Of a stretch of 64,000 nt of DNA, positions 40,510 to 55,382 are shown piece after piece (within the stretch, counting starts at the first letter, position 1; each line of letters starts with the position of its first letter). Below the pieces are notes generated by a model. That model was given only the letters and a program-made list of their open reading frames with translations. It had not been told where the DNA came from and did not search any database. Position numbers and translations under genes: made by a program. The stretch is taken from the NCBI GenBank assembly GCA_045565315.1, contig JBJLFO010000001.1:749856-813855 (forward strand), written 5' to 3'. This stretch comes from Alphaproteobacteria bacterium. Lineage in GTDB: Bacteria; Pseudomonadota; Alphaproteobacteria; Rhizobiales; TMED25.

Positions 40510-42678
40510 ATGAATAATACTAATAATTTATCTATTTTGCTGCCAACCAATGTAGGGAAAACATTTTTATATTCATATACTAAGAAATTAAAGATTGGAA
40601 CAATAGTTAAGGTTTCATTCTCTAATCGTGAGTCGATGGGTGTGGTTTGGAATCCATCTGATACAAATATTATACTTCAGAAACATCAAATAAAATCAAT
40701 ACTGAGCGATATCTCCTCAGAAGAACAAATTTACCTTCCACTTGATCTAATAGAATTTATAAATTGGGTATCTGAATATTATATGATGCCCCTTGGTTTA
40801 GTATTAAAGGCTGCATTAAAAGCGAAATTCATTGAAAAAAAAATGAATTATAATTTTACTTATAAGTCTAATAGAAGTTTAGTAAAAAAAATTACGCCTC
40901 AACAATCAAAAGTTCTTAATGTATTAAAAATAAAGGAGCCTCTAGACAGAAAGAGCCTAATAAAACTATCTAATGTATCTCCAGCTGTCATTTCACGCAT
41001 GATTAAAAATGAGATATTACTTCCTGAAAATCCTAAGGAAGAAAATTTGAAACTAATTAATTTATCAAAAAAAGTTACTTTCAATAAGGAGCAGAATGAA
41101 GCTGTGAAAAAAATTTCAAATGAGATTTATAATTCACAGAAAGTAATTTTAATTGACGGAGTTACGGGATCTGGAAAGACAGAAGTATATCTCGATGCTG
41201 TGAGTAAAGTTATACAAATGGGTAAGCAAGCTCTGATTATGCTTCCAGAAATTACATTAACGCATGAATTCTTAACAGAATTTCAGTCTAGATTTGGTGA
41301 CCAAATTGCTGCGTGGCATTCTAACCTGACTGGAAAAGATCGAAGAAATATTTGGAGGGGAGTTCTTTTTGGAAGAATAAAATTAATTATAGGAGCAAGG
41401 TCAAGCTTATATCTTCCATTTAATAAATTGGGTTTAATAGTTGTCGATGAAGAACATGATCAGTCTTATAAGCAAGAGGAAGGTATCATATACAATGCTA
41501 GAGACATGGCGGTTCTCAGGGCACAGAAATCAAAAGCAAATTGTATTTTAGCCTCCGCAACGCCATCAGTTGAGTCATATGAAAACGTTTTAAAGAAGAG
41601 ATATGAGAAGGTAGTTTTAGGGGAAAGGTATTCAGGTACAAAAATGCCAATTATAAATTCAATTGATATGAGGTATGCTGAGAAGGAAGGAAACTCATTT
41701 CTCCCGAGCGAATTAGTTAGAGATATTGATGAAACACTTAATAGAAACGAACAAGTCCTTTTATTTTTAAATAGGCGAGGTTATTCGCCATTATCCATAT
41801 GTGGTAATTGTGGTATAAGAATTGATTGCCCAAACTGTGATACTTGGCTGGTCTTTCATAAGAATAACTCCAAATATATTTGCCATTATTGTGGATACTC
41901 GGAAACTCATTATTCGAGTTGTAAAAATTGTGGGTCAGAAAATACAATTATACCAAGCGGAAGAGGGATAGAAAAAGTTGATGAAGAAATTGGAAAAATA
42001 TTCCCAAATGCCAATAGAGTAGTATTTTCAAGTGATTATCTAAAAAACTCGTCGCAAATGGATAATATGCTGAAGGATATCAAAGCAAACAAAATTAATA
42101 TAATTATAGGGACCCAACTTGTCTCTAAAGGTCATAATTTTCCATTTTTGACATATGTTGGGATTTTAGACGCAGATTTTGGCCTAGAAATGACAGATGT
42201 TCGCGCAGCGGAGAGGACTTACCAGATACTAAATCAAGTATCAGGTAGAGCTGGAAGAATAAAGCAAAATAGTAAAGTCAAGATACTCACGCATATGCCT
42301 GATCATCCCCTTATTGAGTCAATATTAAAAAACCAAAAAGAGGATTTTTATAGAACGGAAATAGAAATGAGGTCTAATTCACGAATGCCACCTTTTTTTA
42401 GATTAATTTCTATTATAATTAGTTCGAAGAATTGGCAACTTTTAAATCAATATGCAGAAAAATTATATTTAGATAGAAATTTCCCCCAAAATATAGATCT
42501 TTATGGTCCTATTGAAGCCCCAATTTCGAGATTAAACAGAAGACATAGAATGAGATTTTTAATCAGAGGACCAAGAAATTCAAACATTCAATTTTATACA
42601 AAACGGTGGTTGGATAGTAACAAGATGGGTGCGCAAATAAAGATCATTATTGATGTTGATCCACAAAATTTTATTTAG
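40510..42678 (+). CDS. priA: Primosomal protein N' (replication restart helicase PriA)
   Basis: Walker A GVTGSGKT, VVDEEHD box, and Cys-rich zinc-binding region CGNCG...CPNCD...CHYCG...CKNCG. Confidence 0.9.
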   Translation: MNNTNNLSILLPTNVGKTFLYSYTKKLKIGTIVKVSFSNRESMGVVWNPSDTNIILQKHQIKSILSDISSEEQIYLPLDLIEFINWVSEYYMMPLGLVLKAALKAKFIEKKMNYNFTYKSNRSLVKKITPQQSKVLNVLKIKEPLDRKSLIKLSNVSPAVISRMIKNEILLPENPKEENLKLINLSKKVTFNKEQNEAVKKISNEIYNSQKVILIDGVTGSGKTEVYLDAVSKVIQMGKQALIMLPEITLTHEFLTEFQSRFGDQIAAWHSNLTGKDRRNIWRGVLFGRIKLIIGARSSLYLPFNKLGLIVVDEEHDQSYKQEEGIIYNARDMAVLRAQKSKANCILASATPSVESYENVLKKRYEKVVLGERYSGTKMPIINSIDMRYAEKEGNSFLPSELVRDIDETLNRNEQVLLFLNRRGYSPLSICGNCGIRIDCPNCDTWLVFHKNNSKYICHYCGYSETHYSSCKNCGSENTIIPSGRGIEKVDEEIGKIFPNANRVVFSSDYLKNSSQMDNMLKDIKANKINIIIGTQLVSKGHNFPFLTYVGILDADFGLEMTDVRAAERTYQILNQVSGRAGRIKQNSKVKILTHMPDHPLIESILKNQKEDFYRTEIEMRSNSRMPPFFRLISIIISSKNWQLLNQYAEKLYLDRNFPQNIDLYGPIEAPISRLNRRHRMRFLIRGPRNSNIQFYTKRWLDSNKMGAQIKIIIDVDPQNFI

Positions 42679-42843
42679 GGGTAATATTTTCATTGAATTG
42701 TAGCTCTCTTGTTGAAATTTATTATGATTTTATTGCACATCATCAATAGCTGTGATAATGAATAGATATTTCTAATTTAAGTGTGTGCAGATCAAACTTA
42801 ACTAACTTCAATTAAGAAAATAATACAGGGATAATACGCAGTA

Positions 42844-43401
42844 ATGACACAAGAAATATCAATACCAGAAGTGTCTAAAAGATATGCAAAGGCTATATTT
42901 GAATTAGCAAGTGAGGACAAAGAACTTGATAAAATATCAAAAGATTTAATGTCCTTGGATAAAGCAATAAATGAAAATGATAGACTTTCCCGTCTAATAA
43001 CAAGCCCAACATTCTCGTCAAACGAACAAATTCAGGTAATGGGGTCACTACTTGATAAGCAAGAAGCAGCAAAAATAGTAAAAAACTTTGTGAATGTGCT
43101 CATCGATAACGGTAGAATAAATATACTTCAATCAATTATACAAGCCTTCAATGTCCTAATTATCAATAATAGTGGGGAAATAATAGCCGATGTGATATCG
43201 GCGCAAGATCTATCGCAGGAGCAGCTTTCTGCAGTAAAGTCGAGTCTTAGAAAATTGACTGATAAAGAAATAAAATTGAACACAAAATTAGACCCAGAAA
43301 TTATGGGTGGTATGATAGTTAAAATTGGATCACAGATGATAGATACCTCTGTATCCACTAAATTGAATAATCTCAAAATTCTAATGAAAGGTGCAAACTA
43401 A
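42844..43401 (+). CDS. atpH: ATP synthase F1 delta (OSCP) subunit
   Basis: [13 protein letters not shown] start; first gene of atpHAGDC. Confidence 0.9.
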   Translation: MTQEISIPEVSKRYAKAIFELASEDKELDKISKDLMSLDKAINENDRLSRLITSPTFSSNEQIQVMGSLLDKQEAAKIVKNFVNVLIDNGRINILQSIIQAFNVLIINNSGEIIADVISAQDLSQEQLSAVKSSLRKLTDKEIKLNTKLDPEIMGGMIVKIGSQMIDTSVSTKLNNLKILMKGAN

Positions 43402-44936
43402 TGGATCTAAAATCAGCAGAGATTTCTGCAATACTAAAGGAAAAAATAAAAAGCTTTGACGAAAATGCAGAAATCTCTGAAGTTGGCCAAGTGTTATCTG
43501 TGGGAGATGGTATTGCAAGAGTTTACGGTCTTGATAATGTTCAAGCTGGTGAAATGGTTGAGTTTTCAAATGGCGTTAAAGGGATGGCCTTGAACCTTGA
43601 GATGGATAATGTCGGGATAGTTATTTTTGGTGATGATAAAGATATTCACGAAGGTGATATAGTTAAAAGAACTGGTGATATTGTGGAAGTACCAATTGGG
43701 AAAGAGCTACTTGGCCGAGTTGTTGATGCACTTGGTAATCCGATAGATGGTAAGGGACCAATAAAGTCAAAACTAAATGGCCGAGTTGATATTAAAGCTC
43801 CCGGTATTATGCCTCGAAAATCTGTTCATGAGCCAATGCAAACAGGACTCAAAGCTATTGATGCACTTATTCCTATCGGAAGAGGGCAAAGAGAACTAAT
43901 AATTGGTGACAGACAAACTGGTAAGACAGCTATCGCCCTTGACGCTATACTTAATCAAAAAACAGTCAATGAGACAGACGATGAAAGTGCAAAGTTATAT
44001 TGTGTTTATGTTGCAATAGGACAAAAGAGATCCTCTGTTGCGCAATTGGTTAAGATCTTGGAAGATAATGGTGCCTTAGAATATTCAATTATAGTCGCGG
44101 CAACGGCCTCTGATCCTGCACCACTGCAATTTCTAGCACCATTCTCTGGATGTACAATGGGAGAATATTTTAGAGATAATGGCATGCATTCATTAATTGT
44201 TTATGATGATTTATCAAAGCAAGCAGTTGCATATAGGCAAATGTCACTATTATTGCGAAGACCACCCGGTAGGGAAGCATACCCAGGGGACGTGTTTTAT
44301 TTACACTCAAGATTATTAGAAAGAGCCGCAAAATTAAATGAAGATAATGGCTCAGGTTCGCTAACAGCACTTCCTGTTATTGAAACTCAGGCAAATGATG
44401 TGTCAGCCTTTATTCCGACAAATGTTATTTCAATAACTGATGGTCAAATATTTCTAGAAACAGATTTATTTTATCAAGGGATTAGGCCTGCTGTAAATGT
44501 TGGGTTATCTGTAAGTCGTGTTGGATCTGCAGCGCAAATAAAAGCAATGAAGCAGGTTGCAGGAAAGATCAAGGGAGAATTAGCTCAGTATCGAGAAATG
44601 GCAGCTTTTGCGCAGTTTGGTTCAGACTTGGATGCGACTACACAGCGTCTCTTAGCTAGGGGTGAACGATTAACAGAGTTATTAAAACAACCACAATTTA
44701 GTCCACTTAAAGTTGAAGAGCAAGTTTGTTCAATTTATGCTGCAGTAAACGGATTTTTAGACTCAATACCAGTTAATAAGATTTCATCCTATGAAAAAGA
44801 GCTTTTAGAAACAATAACGAGTTCGCATAAAGATATACTATCTTCAATTGCAAAAGAATTGCAGCTTTCCGAAAAGACAGAGGCAAAATTAAAAGAGGTT
44901 ATCGAGACTCATACAAAATCATTTTCAACGGAGTAA
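43401..44936 (+). CDS. atpA: ATP synthase F1 alpha subunit
   Basis: Walker A GDRQTGKT; typical alpha-subunit sequence throughout. Confidence 0.98.
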   Translation: MDLKSAEISAILKEKIKSFDENAEISEVGQVLSVGDGIARVYGLDNVQAGEMVEFSNGVKGMALNLEMDNVGIVIFGDDKDIHEGDIVKRTGDIVEVPIGKELLGRVVDALGNPIDGKGPIKSKLNGRVDIKAPGIMPRKSVHEPMQTGLKAIDALIPIGRGQRELIIGDRQTGKTAIALDAILNQKTVNETDDESAKLYCVYVAIGQKRSSVAQLVKILEDNGALEYSIIVAATASDPAPLQFLAPFSGCTMGEYFRDNGMHSLIVYDDLSKQAVAYRQMSLLLRRPPGREAYPGDVFYLHSRLLERAAKLNEDNGSGSLTALPVIETQANDVSAFIPTNVISITDGQIFLETDLFYQGIRPAVNVGLSVSRVGSAAQIKAMKQVAGKIKGELAQYREMAAFAQFGSDLDATTQRLLARGERLTELLKQPQFSPLKVEEQVCSIYAAVNGFLDSIPVNKISSYEKELLETITSSHKDILSSIAKELQLSEKTEAKLKEVIETHTKSFSTE

Positions 44937-44940
44937 TTAA

Positions 44941-45840
44941 TTGCCAAATTTAAAAGAGTTAAAAAATAGGCAAGTTAGTGTCAAATCAACTCAGAAAATA
45001 ACGAGAGCTATGCAAATGGTTGCCGCAGCTAAGCTAAGTAAGGCACAAGAAAGCGCACAAAGTGCAAGACCTTATGCAAGTCGACTAGCGACAGTGATGG
45101 GCAATCTTCTACAATCTGTTGAAGGAGGGTCCGATGCACCTAAATTAATGGTTGGATCGGGTAAATCTGAAATCTATTTATTAGTTGTGGCAACAGCTGA
45201 TAGAGGACTTTGCGGAGCTTTTAATTCGAATATTATAAAATTGGCTACTAAAGAATTAAAAGAACTATTGTCAGATGGGAAAGAAGTCAAAATACTCTGC
45301 ATAGGCAAAAAAGGTTACGACTTACTTCGAAGAAATTATAAGGATAATATTGTCGACTTCATTAGCCTTAAGGAAATAAAGAACATATCATATCCCGAAG
45401 CTGCAAATGTTGGAAATAAGGTCGTTAAAATGTTTGATGAGGGTAATTTTGATGTTTGTAAATTATTCTACTCAAGCTTTAAATCGGTTATTTCTCAAAT
45501 ACCTATTTCAAAGCAACTTATTCCCCTTGAATTCAATAATGACTTCAAAGACGACGAAGAGAAAGATCCTGCCTTAAGTAGTAAAGCAATTTATGATTAT
45601 GAACCTGAAGAAGCTGATGTAATGGAGGAGTTATTACCTCTAAATTTAAATATTCAAATTTTTCAGGGCTTATTAGAAAATGCTGCAAGCGAACAGGGTT
45701 CCAGAATGTCTGCAATGGATAATGCCACAAGAAATGCAGGCGATATGATAAATAAATTAACATTACAATATAACAGAACTAGGCAGGCAATAATTACAAA
45801 AGAATTAATTGAAATTATTTCTGGTGCAGAAGCTCTTTAA
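44941..45840 (+). CDS. atpG: ATP synthase F1 gamma subunit
   Basis: LKELKNRQVSVKSTQKITRAMQMVAAAKL N-terminus; TTG start. Confidence 0.95.
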   Translation: MPNLKELKNRQVSVKSTQKITRAMQMVAAAKLSKAQESAQSARPYASRLATVMGNLLQSVEGGSDAPKLMVGSGKSEIYLLVVATADRGLCGAFNSNIIKLATKELKELLSDGKEVKILCIGKKGYDLLRRNYKDNIVDFISLKEIKNISYPEAANVGNKVVKMFDEGNFDVCKLFYSSFKSVISQIPISKQLIPLEFNNDFKDDEEKDPALSSKAIYDYEPEEADVMEELLPLNLNIQIFQGLLENAASEQGSRMSAMDNATRNAGDMINKLTLQYNRTRQAIITKELIEIISGAEAL

Positions 45841-45853
45841 ATTTACGAGGTAG

Positions 45854-47284
<1,431 letters not shown>

Positions 47285-47299
47285 TTTTGAGGCTATAAT

Positions 47300-47698
47300 A
47301 TGGATAAATTTAAATTTGAGTTTGTTACACCAGAAAAACTATTATTTTCAAGTGAAGTTGAGCAAGTAATAATACCTGGATCTGAAGGTGAGTTTACAAT
47401 TCTTGCTGAACATTCACCAATTATATCATCTATGAAGGCTGGTTTAATAAGAATATATTCCGATATAAATAGTGTACCCGTCGTATATTTTGTTACAGAA
47501 GGATTTATTGATATGGCCTCAAACAGCTTAACAATATTGGCTCAAAATGCTATTGAAAAGGATCTTTTAGATGATCAGAAATTAGTTAGTTTAATTGATG
47601 AGTATCAAATGGAAATAGATAACACAGATAGTGATATAAGAAAAAATAAATACAATATGAAGATTGAAAATATTAAAGCTATCCAGAGTGATATTTAG
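47300..47698 (+). CDS. atpC: ATP synthase F1 epsilon subunit
   Basis: Position after atpD; N-terminal beta-sandwich-like sequence; 132 aa. Confidence 0.9.
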   Translation: MDKFKFEFVTPEKLLFSSEVEQVIIPGSEGEFTILAEHSPIISSMKAGLIRIYSDINSVPVVYFVTEGFIDMASNSLTILAQNAIEKDLLDDQKLVSLIDEYQMEIDNTDSDIRKNKYNMKIENIKAIQSDI

Positions 47699-48226
47699 TC
47701 AAAGCATTCTAATATTTTCAAACTCTTTTAAGACCTTTTTATAAGTCTCTGTCTTGAAATCAATTACTTGATCTAATATTTTTTCAGGATTTTCCCATTT
47801 CCAGTCTGCAAATTCTTGGTAGTTTCCAGAATTTTCATCTGGAACCAAATTGACATCATTATCATTACCCAAATGTTGTAAAAGGAACCATTTTTGTGTT
47901 TGTCCAATAAATTTACCTTTATAATTATTTAATATTGTTTTTGGTATTTCGTATTGATACCAGTGGTCTGAGACTGCGAGTATTTTGATATCTTTTAGGC
48001 CCGTCTCTTCATACACCTCTCTGAAAACAGCTTCTTCTGGTTCCTCTCCTGGATCAATACCTCCTTGTGGCATTTGCCAAAGCTTTCTATCTTTATAATT
48101 TGATATTTCTTCTAGTCCCTCTTTTTTTATTTTAGTAATTCGCTTTCCGATCCATATTTGAGATTTATCATTAATAATCATAGCACCAACACAGGGTCTG
48201 AATTTTTCATCTAGTTTGTCAATCAT
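47699..48226 (-). CDS. rppH: RNA pyrophosphohydrolase (Nudix)
   Basis: Nudix box GGIDPGEEPEEAVFREVYEETGL. Confidence 0.85.
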   Translation of the reverse strand: MIDKLDEKFRPCVGAMIINDKSQIWIGKRITKIKKEGLEEISNYKDRKLWQMPQGGIDPGEEPEEAVFREVYEETGLKDIKILAVSDHWYQYEIPKTILNNYKGKFIGQTQKWFLLQHLGNDNDVNLVPDENSGNYQEFADWKWENPEKILDQVIDFKTETYKKVLKEFENIRML

Positions 48227-49428
48227 TTCATCTTCCTTGAGTATCGGGAGTTAATAAGTTTTTGTGCAAACTCAAGTTGGAAGTCATAAGAATCATCATT
48301 AGAAATATTATTTTCATTCTCAATTATATAAAGAGGTTTGATACCTATCTTATCTATTGATATATCGTTAGGTGTATAATATTTTGCAGTCGTAAGCCGA
48401 ATTGCCCCATCCTTCTTTGATCCAAGAGGTATAATTGTTTGAACAGATCCCTTTCCATATGTTTGGGTTCCGATTACAGTTGCTCTTGCATTATCGCCCA
48501 TGGCACCTGCGAATATTTCGGATGCTGAAGCAGACCCACCATTGGTAATAATGATAATATCAGAACCATTTGTAATATCACCTTTTTTAGCGAAAAACCT
48601 AGTTTTTCTTTTTTGTTCTCTCAGCTTTGTTGAAACTATTTCGCCTTTATTTAAGAAAAGATCTGTAACTTTAATTGACTGATCCAGAAGGCCCCCAGGG
48701 TTATTCCTAACATCAATTATAAAGCCTTTTATTTTATTACCAGATTCCTTATTTAACTCATTTATGGCAGTAACAATTTTTTTATCAGCAATATCATTAA
48801 ATGAGGATATTCTGATATAGGCAATATTTTCATCAAGAAGCCTATATTTTACAGGTGTGATTTGGATTATTTCTCTTATTATCTTAACATCGAATGTGGA
48901 GTCTTCGCCTTCTCTAAAGATTGTGAGTGTTATGGGTGTATTAGCATAACCTCTCATAAGAGATACCGCTTCATCCAGAGTCAAACCGTATACATCTTCT
49001 CCATCTATCGATGTTATATAATCACCAGTAATAATTCCGGCTTTTGCTGCCGGAGTATCATCAATTGGAGAGATAACTCTTACAAAGCCATTAGCATCGA
49101 GGGTTACTTCAAGACCAAGCCCACCATAAAAACCCTTGGTATCAACTTCCATTTCTTTGAAGTCATCTTCTGATAAATATGTAGAGTAGGGATCCAATGA
49201 CTGGAGCATACCCCTTAATGCTGAATACATAAGTTCTTTGCTATCAATATCATCAACATATTGGTCTTCCACTTCACTAAAAACACGAAGAAATAACTTA
49301 AATAGCTCAATATTTTCATCATGGTCGTCTGCAAAACTAGGTTTTGTAAATAGAGAGATTAATAGGACTAAGATTATTAGAGGTAATGCTGTATTCTTTT
49401 TTGTGGTTTTATTATTTTTAATGGTCAT
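48223..49428 (-). CDS. ctpA: Carboxy-terminal processing protease (S41 family, PDZ domain)
   Basis: N-terminal signal/anchor, PDZ block (GLGLEV...PAAKAGI), catalytic Ser context NGGSASASEIFAGA. Confidence 0.9.
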   Translation of the reverse strand: MTIKNNKTTKKNTALPLIILVLLISLFTKPSFADDHDENIELFKLFLRVFSEVEDQYVDDIDSKELMYSALRGMLQSLDPYSTYLSEDDFKEMEVDTKGFYGGLGLEVTLDANGFVRVISPIDDTPAAKAGIITGDYITSIDGEDVYGLTLDEAVSLMRGYANTPITLTIFREGEDSTFDVKIIREIIQITPVKYRLLDENIAYIRISSFNDIADKKIVTAINELNKESGNKIKGFIIDVRNNPGGLLDQSIKVTDLFLNKGEIVSTKLREQKRKTRFFAKKGDITNGSDIIIITNGGSASASEIFAGAMGDNARATVIGTQTYGKGSVQTIIPLGSKKDGAIRLTTAKYYTPNDISIDKIGIKPLYIIENENNISNDDSYDFQLEFAQKLINSRYSRKMK

Positions 49429-49429
49429 T

Positions 49430-49915
49430 TTAATCTCTATGATATGGGTGGTTTATTATTATCGATAATGATCTGTATAGTTGCTCAATTAGAATAACTC
49501 TTGCCATAAGATGTGGAAGTGTCATTTTACTTAATGAAATTGTCTCGTTAGCTATCTTTGAAAGATCTCTAGATGTTCCATCAGGTCCTCCAATAATGAA
49601 ATTTATTTCACTCCTTGGTTGATTTAGATATTTATCCAACATATTTTTAAATTCCTGGGTTGTGAGGGGCTTTCCTTTTTCTTCTAATATAATATTTACT
49701 GACTCTTTTAAGTTAATTTTTTTCAGTATCATTTTACATTCTCTATCTTTTCGAGAATCTGGATTTTTATCCAAAGCCTTATTGATTTCGATCATTTCTA
49801 CATTAGTTATTCCAATTTGCTTATTAATTGCATTAATATTTTTTAAATAATGATCACACAATAATTTGAATTTACTATTAGTAATCTTACCTATAGCCAA
49901 CAATCTAAGATTCAA
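49430..49915 (-). CDS. rlmH: 23S rRNA (pseudouridine1915-N3)-methyltransferase (SPOUT)
   Basis: YbeA/RlmH-like length and C-terminal LSLSKMTLPHLMARVILIEQLYR motif; TTG start. Confidence 0.85.
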   Translation of the reverse strand: MNLRLLAIGKITNSKFKLLCDHYLKNINAINKQIGITNVEMIEINKALDKNPDSRKDRECKMILKKINLKESVNIILEEKGKPLTTQEFKNMLDKYLNQPRSEINFIIGGPDGTSRDLSKIANETISLSKMTLPHLMARVILIEQLYRSLSIIINHPYHRD

Positions 49916-49919
49916 CTGT

Positions 49920-50273
49920 TCAACCTATTTTTGTTTCATCATTAACAACCAAATTCTCTGACCAGATTTTTTCTATCCTATAAAATTCTCGAACCTCGGG
50001 CTTAAATATATTGATAATAACATCAAAAGCATCTATTAGAACCCAGTCACAATTTTGTAGTCCTTCAACTTGGATATTCTTATATGAATTATTTTTTAAT
50101 GTTCTTTGTATCTTATCGGCGATTGAGCTTATGTGTCTAGAGGATGTTCCACTTGAAACTACCATATAATCTGCAATTGAACTTTTTTTACTTATATTGA
50201 TGATAGTTGTATTTTGTGCTTTCATCTCTTCGAGACAATCACTTACGATTTTAATAATTTTTTTATCGATCAT
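49920..50273 (-). CDS. rsfS: Ribosomal silencing factor RsfS (iojap)
   Basis: 117 aa with ADYMVVSSGTSSRH motif; position between nadD and rlmH. Confidence 0.85.
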   Translation of the reverse strand: MIDKKIIKIVSDCLEEMKAQNTTIINISKKSSIADYMVVSSGTSSRHISSIADKIQRTLKNNSYKNIQVEGLQNCDWVLIDAFDVIINIFKPEVREFYRIEKIWSENLVVNDETKIG

Positions 50274-50910
50274 TTTGGATATGTATATTTAAATTTTTAC
50301 GAATTTCAGTTGATGAATTAAAGTTACGTTTATTATGAATGAAAACCCAACATGGTGTCTCTGATTTTGTAATACTAGCTGCATCGTTTTCGTCAATTCT
50401 ATATTTCTTATATTTATTTGCAAAGATAGTTGAGCAGACATCTAGAGAAGATCTAGGTCTATCAATAATAGCTATTGGTATTTCTCTAATTAATTTCTCC
50501 CAGTCCATCCACAGATGAAAATCTCTCAGATTATCAGCACCCATTATCCATACAAATTTTGTATTTGGATATCTTTTCCTTAAATATTCTACTGTACCAA
50601 TAGTATAGACGATACCGGCTCTCTGCTCCATATCATTTATAATTATTTTTTTTGTTTTCGATTGATTTTTAGCAGAAGAGGTTCTTTTTTTGAAGTCAAA
50701 AAGCACATCATATTGTTTAAGTGGATTTCTAGGGCTTACTAACCACCAAATGAAATCTAAATTTAATTTCTTTAGAGCTTCTTCACTAATATTTATATGA
50801 CCATCATGACTTGGATTAAACGACCCCCCAAGGATACCAATTCTTTGATTACTAGACGCAAACTTTGTATTACCTATAATCCATCTATTTATTTTAGGCT
50901 TGCTTATCAT
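50263..50910 (-). CDS. nadD: Nicotinate-nucleotide adenylyltransferase
   Basis: GILGGSFNPSHDGH nucleotidyltransferase motif. Confidence 0.85.
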   Translation of the reverse strand: MISKPKINRWIIGNTKFASSNQRIGILGGSFNPSHDGHINISEEALKKLNLDFIWWLVSPRNPLKQYDVLFDFKKRTSSAKNQSKTKKIIINDMEQRAGIVYTIGTVEYLRKRYPNTKFVWIMGADNLRDFHLWMDWEKLIREIPIAIIDRPRSSLDVCSTIFANKYKKYRIDENDAASITKSETPCWVFIHNKRNFNSSTEIRKNLNIHIQNDR

Positions 50911-50923
50911 TTTAATATTTTAC

Positions 50924-52178
50924 TCAAGACCTAACCTGTCCGCTCCCACGAACAATATATTTAAAGGTAGTTAACTGCTCTAATCCAATTGGACCTCTTG
51001 CATGCAATCGACCAGTTGAAATACCGATTTCTGCACCAAAACCAAATTCACCTCCATCTGCAAATTGTGTCGATGCATTGACAAGTATAATTGAACTACC
51101 TACATTTTTTTGAAAGTACTCACTAGACTCACTGCTCTCGCAAACTATAGCTTCAGTATGGCCGGTACCATATTTTTCAATATGTGAAACTGCCTCTTTG
51201 ATATCATTGACAATTTTAACTGAAATAATAGCATCAAGATACTCTGTTGACCAGTCAGTCTCATTAACAGATTTTGTTTTATTGAATAATTTCTTTATAT
51301 TTTCATCACCTCTTATTTCACATCCTAGATGGTCAAGTTTTTCTAGTATTTTTGGAAGAAAGTTATTTGCAATAGATTTATCAATTAATAATGTCTCTGC
51401 AGCACCGCATATTGATGGGCGTCTCATTTTTGCATTTAAACTAATATTTATAGCATTATCAAGTTTTGCACTTTCGTTGATATAAACATGGCATATACCC
51501 TCAAGGTGACCAAAAACTGATACCTTTGCCTCTTTTTCTACTCGTGATACCAAACTTTTGCCACCCCTTGGCACAATTACATCGATATTAGAGTCAAGAC
51601 CATCAAGCATCATCCCAACTGCATTCCTATCAGTTACTGGAACAAATTGTATTGAATTATCATCGAGCTTGGTTTTTTCGAGCGCGTCCCTAATTGATTT
51701 GTATATAGCGTAACTTGAATAAAAACTATCAGAACCACTTCTTAATATGGATGCATTTCCAGATTTCAAACACAAGCACGCTGCGTCTGCTGTCACGTTG
51801 GGGCGACTCTCATAAATTATTCCTATAACACCAATTGGAATGCTCACTTTATCGATTAATAAACCATTTGGTCTCTCCCAACTGCTTATTATTTTTCCAA
51901 TAGGGTCATCTAAGCTAATAATATTTTTTATGCTTATTGAGATATTCTTGATACTATTTTTATCAAGTAATAATCTATCAATAACGGATTTTGGTTTATT
52001 TTTTGAAATTGCAATATCAAGATCTTTTTGATTTTCATTCAATATTTCTTTCGTATCCTTTTCAATATTCTCTGCGATAATTTTGAGTGCATTATTTTTT
52101 TCATTAGTTGTAGCTATTGCAAGTTTTGAATTTGCTTTTCTAGCATTAGAGCCAATAACATTCATTGTTTGTTTAATA

Positions 52179-52189
<11 letters not shown>
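50924..52189 (-). CDS. proA: Gamma-glutamyl phosphate reductase
   Basis: Aldehyde dehydrogenase-like, with ICGAAETLLI catalytic Cys context; downstream of proB. Confidence 0.93.
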
Positions 52190-54337
<2,148 letters not shown>

Positions 54338-54420
54338 CTATACCATAACATCATTATTTTAATGACGTAAAATGTTATTAATGTATCTTGAGATTTGAAT
54401 AGTTATTAGGTGTACAAATA

Positions 54421-54678
54421 TTAATTTGTTTCTATAACATTAATTGTTCTTCGACCGCTTCTTTTATCAATAAATTTGACAGTACCTGTTTTTTTCGCAA
54501 AGATTGTATGATCTTTACCAATTCCAACATTTTCACCCGGGTGCCAAGTTGTACCTCTTTGCCTAATAATTATATTACCGGGGATTACTTGCTCACCACC
54601 AAATTTTTTAACGCCAAGTCTTCTGCCTGCTGAGTCACGACCGTTTTTTGATGAACCACCTGCTTTTTTATGTGCCAT
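54421..54678 (-). CDS. rpmA: 50S ribosomal protein L27
   Basis: [24 protein letters not shown]. Confidence 0.97.
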   Translation of the reverse strand: MAHKKAGGSSKNGRDSAGRRLGVKKFGGEQVIPGNIIIRQRGTTWHPGENVGIGKDHTIFAKKTGTVKFIDKRSGRRTINVIETN

Positions 54679-54725
54679 AATTTTCTCTTAAATTCTATTT
54701 TTATATAGTTTTTTAAGTCCCTTTA

Positions 54726-55214
54726 TTATTTTTTCTTAACATCTTTAGTTGAAGCACTTACTTTCTTGGTAGTTGCTTTTTTTGGAGCAGCAGCTTTTTT
54801 CACTGGTTTTTTGACCGAATCAGCTTCTACCTTTTTTGTAACTTTTTTGACTACTTTTTTCTCTTCTTCAGTTACAACTTTTTTTACTACTTTTTTTGAG
54901 CTAGATGTTGCTATATCTATAATCTTAAGTTTTGTTTGTAATTGTCTATGCCCCATTGTTCTTCTATAATTTTGTCTTCTTTTCTTCTTGAAGACAATAA
55001 TTTTTTTAGATCTACTCTGCTCAATTACTTGAGCAGTTACGGAAGCATTTTCTACATATGGAGTACCAACAAGAGTCTTCTCTCCTTCAGTAATCATTAA
55101 TACATCACTAAAAGTTATTGTTTTGCCTTGTTCTTCAGGTAATTTTTCTACAATGATTATATCATCTTTATTAACTGAATATTGTTTTCCACCAGTCCTA
55201 ATAACTGCAGTCAT
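54726..55214 (-). CDS. rplU: 50S ribosomal protein L21 with about 59-aa Lys-rich repetitive C-terminal extension
   Basis: [14 protein letters not shown] core of about 103 aa. It is followed by [49 protein letters not shown]... Confidence 0.95.
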   Translation of the reverse strand: MTAVIRTGGKQYSVNKDDIIIVEKLPEEQGKTITFSDVLMITEGEKTLVGTPYVENASVTAQVIEQSRSKKIIVFKKKRRQNYRRTMGHRQLQTKLKIIDIATSSSKKVVKKVVTEEEKKVVKKVTKKVEADSVKKPVKKAAAPKKATTKKVSASTKDVKKK

Positions 55215-55272
55215 TTTCTTGCTTTCGTATAAATTTTTATATTTAATAAGGTATAAATTAAATTACTATCAA

Positions 55273-55301
55273 TGTTTAATATTTTAAATCAATTAAGTCA
55301 A
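55273..55301 (-). promoter_or_regulatory. Candidate sigma-70-type promoter for rplU-rpmA (-35 TTGACT, 17-nt spacer, -10 TAAACA)
   Basis: Read on the minus strand, about 55-85 nt upstream of the rplU ATG. The -10 is weak and AT-rich DNA produces many look-alikes. Confidence 0.3.
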
Positions 55302-55382
55302 CTTTTCTTTATTAAATGAATTAAAAAATTATTATTGATTGAAGTAGTTTTTTTACTTTGAAAAAAATAGCTGGTTAATTAA

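Noticed and set aside
54347-54380. Nested inverted repeats (ataacat...atgttat with inner tcatta-ttt-taatga) between rpmA and obg as an attenuator or terminator
   Set aside because: The stems are short and A/T-rich, with no following U-tract on the transcribed (minus) strand. I cannot distinguish this from chance.
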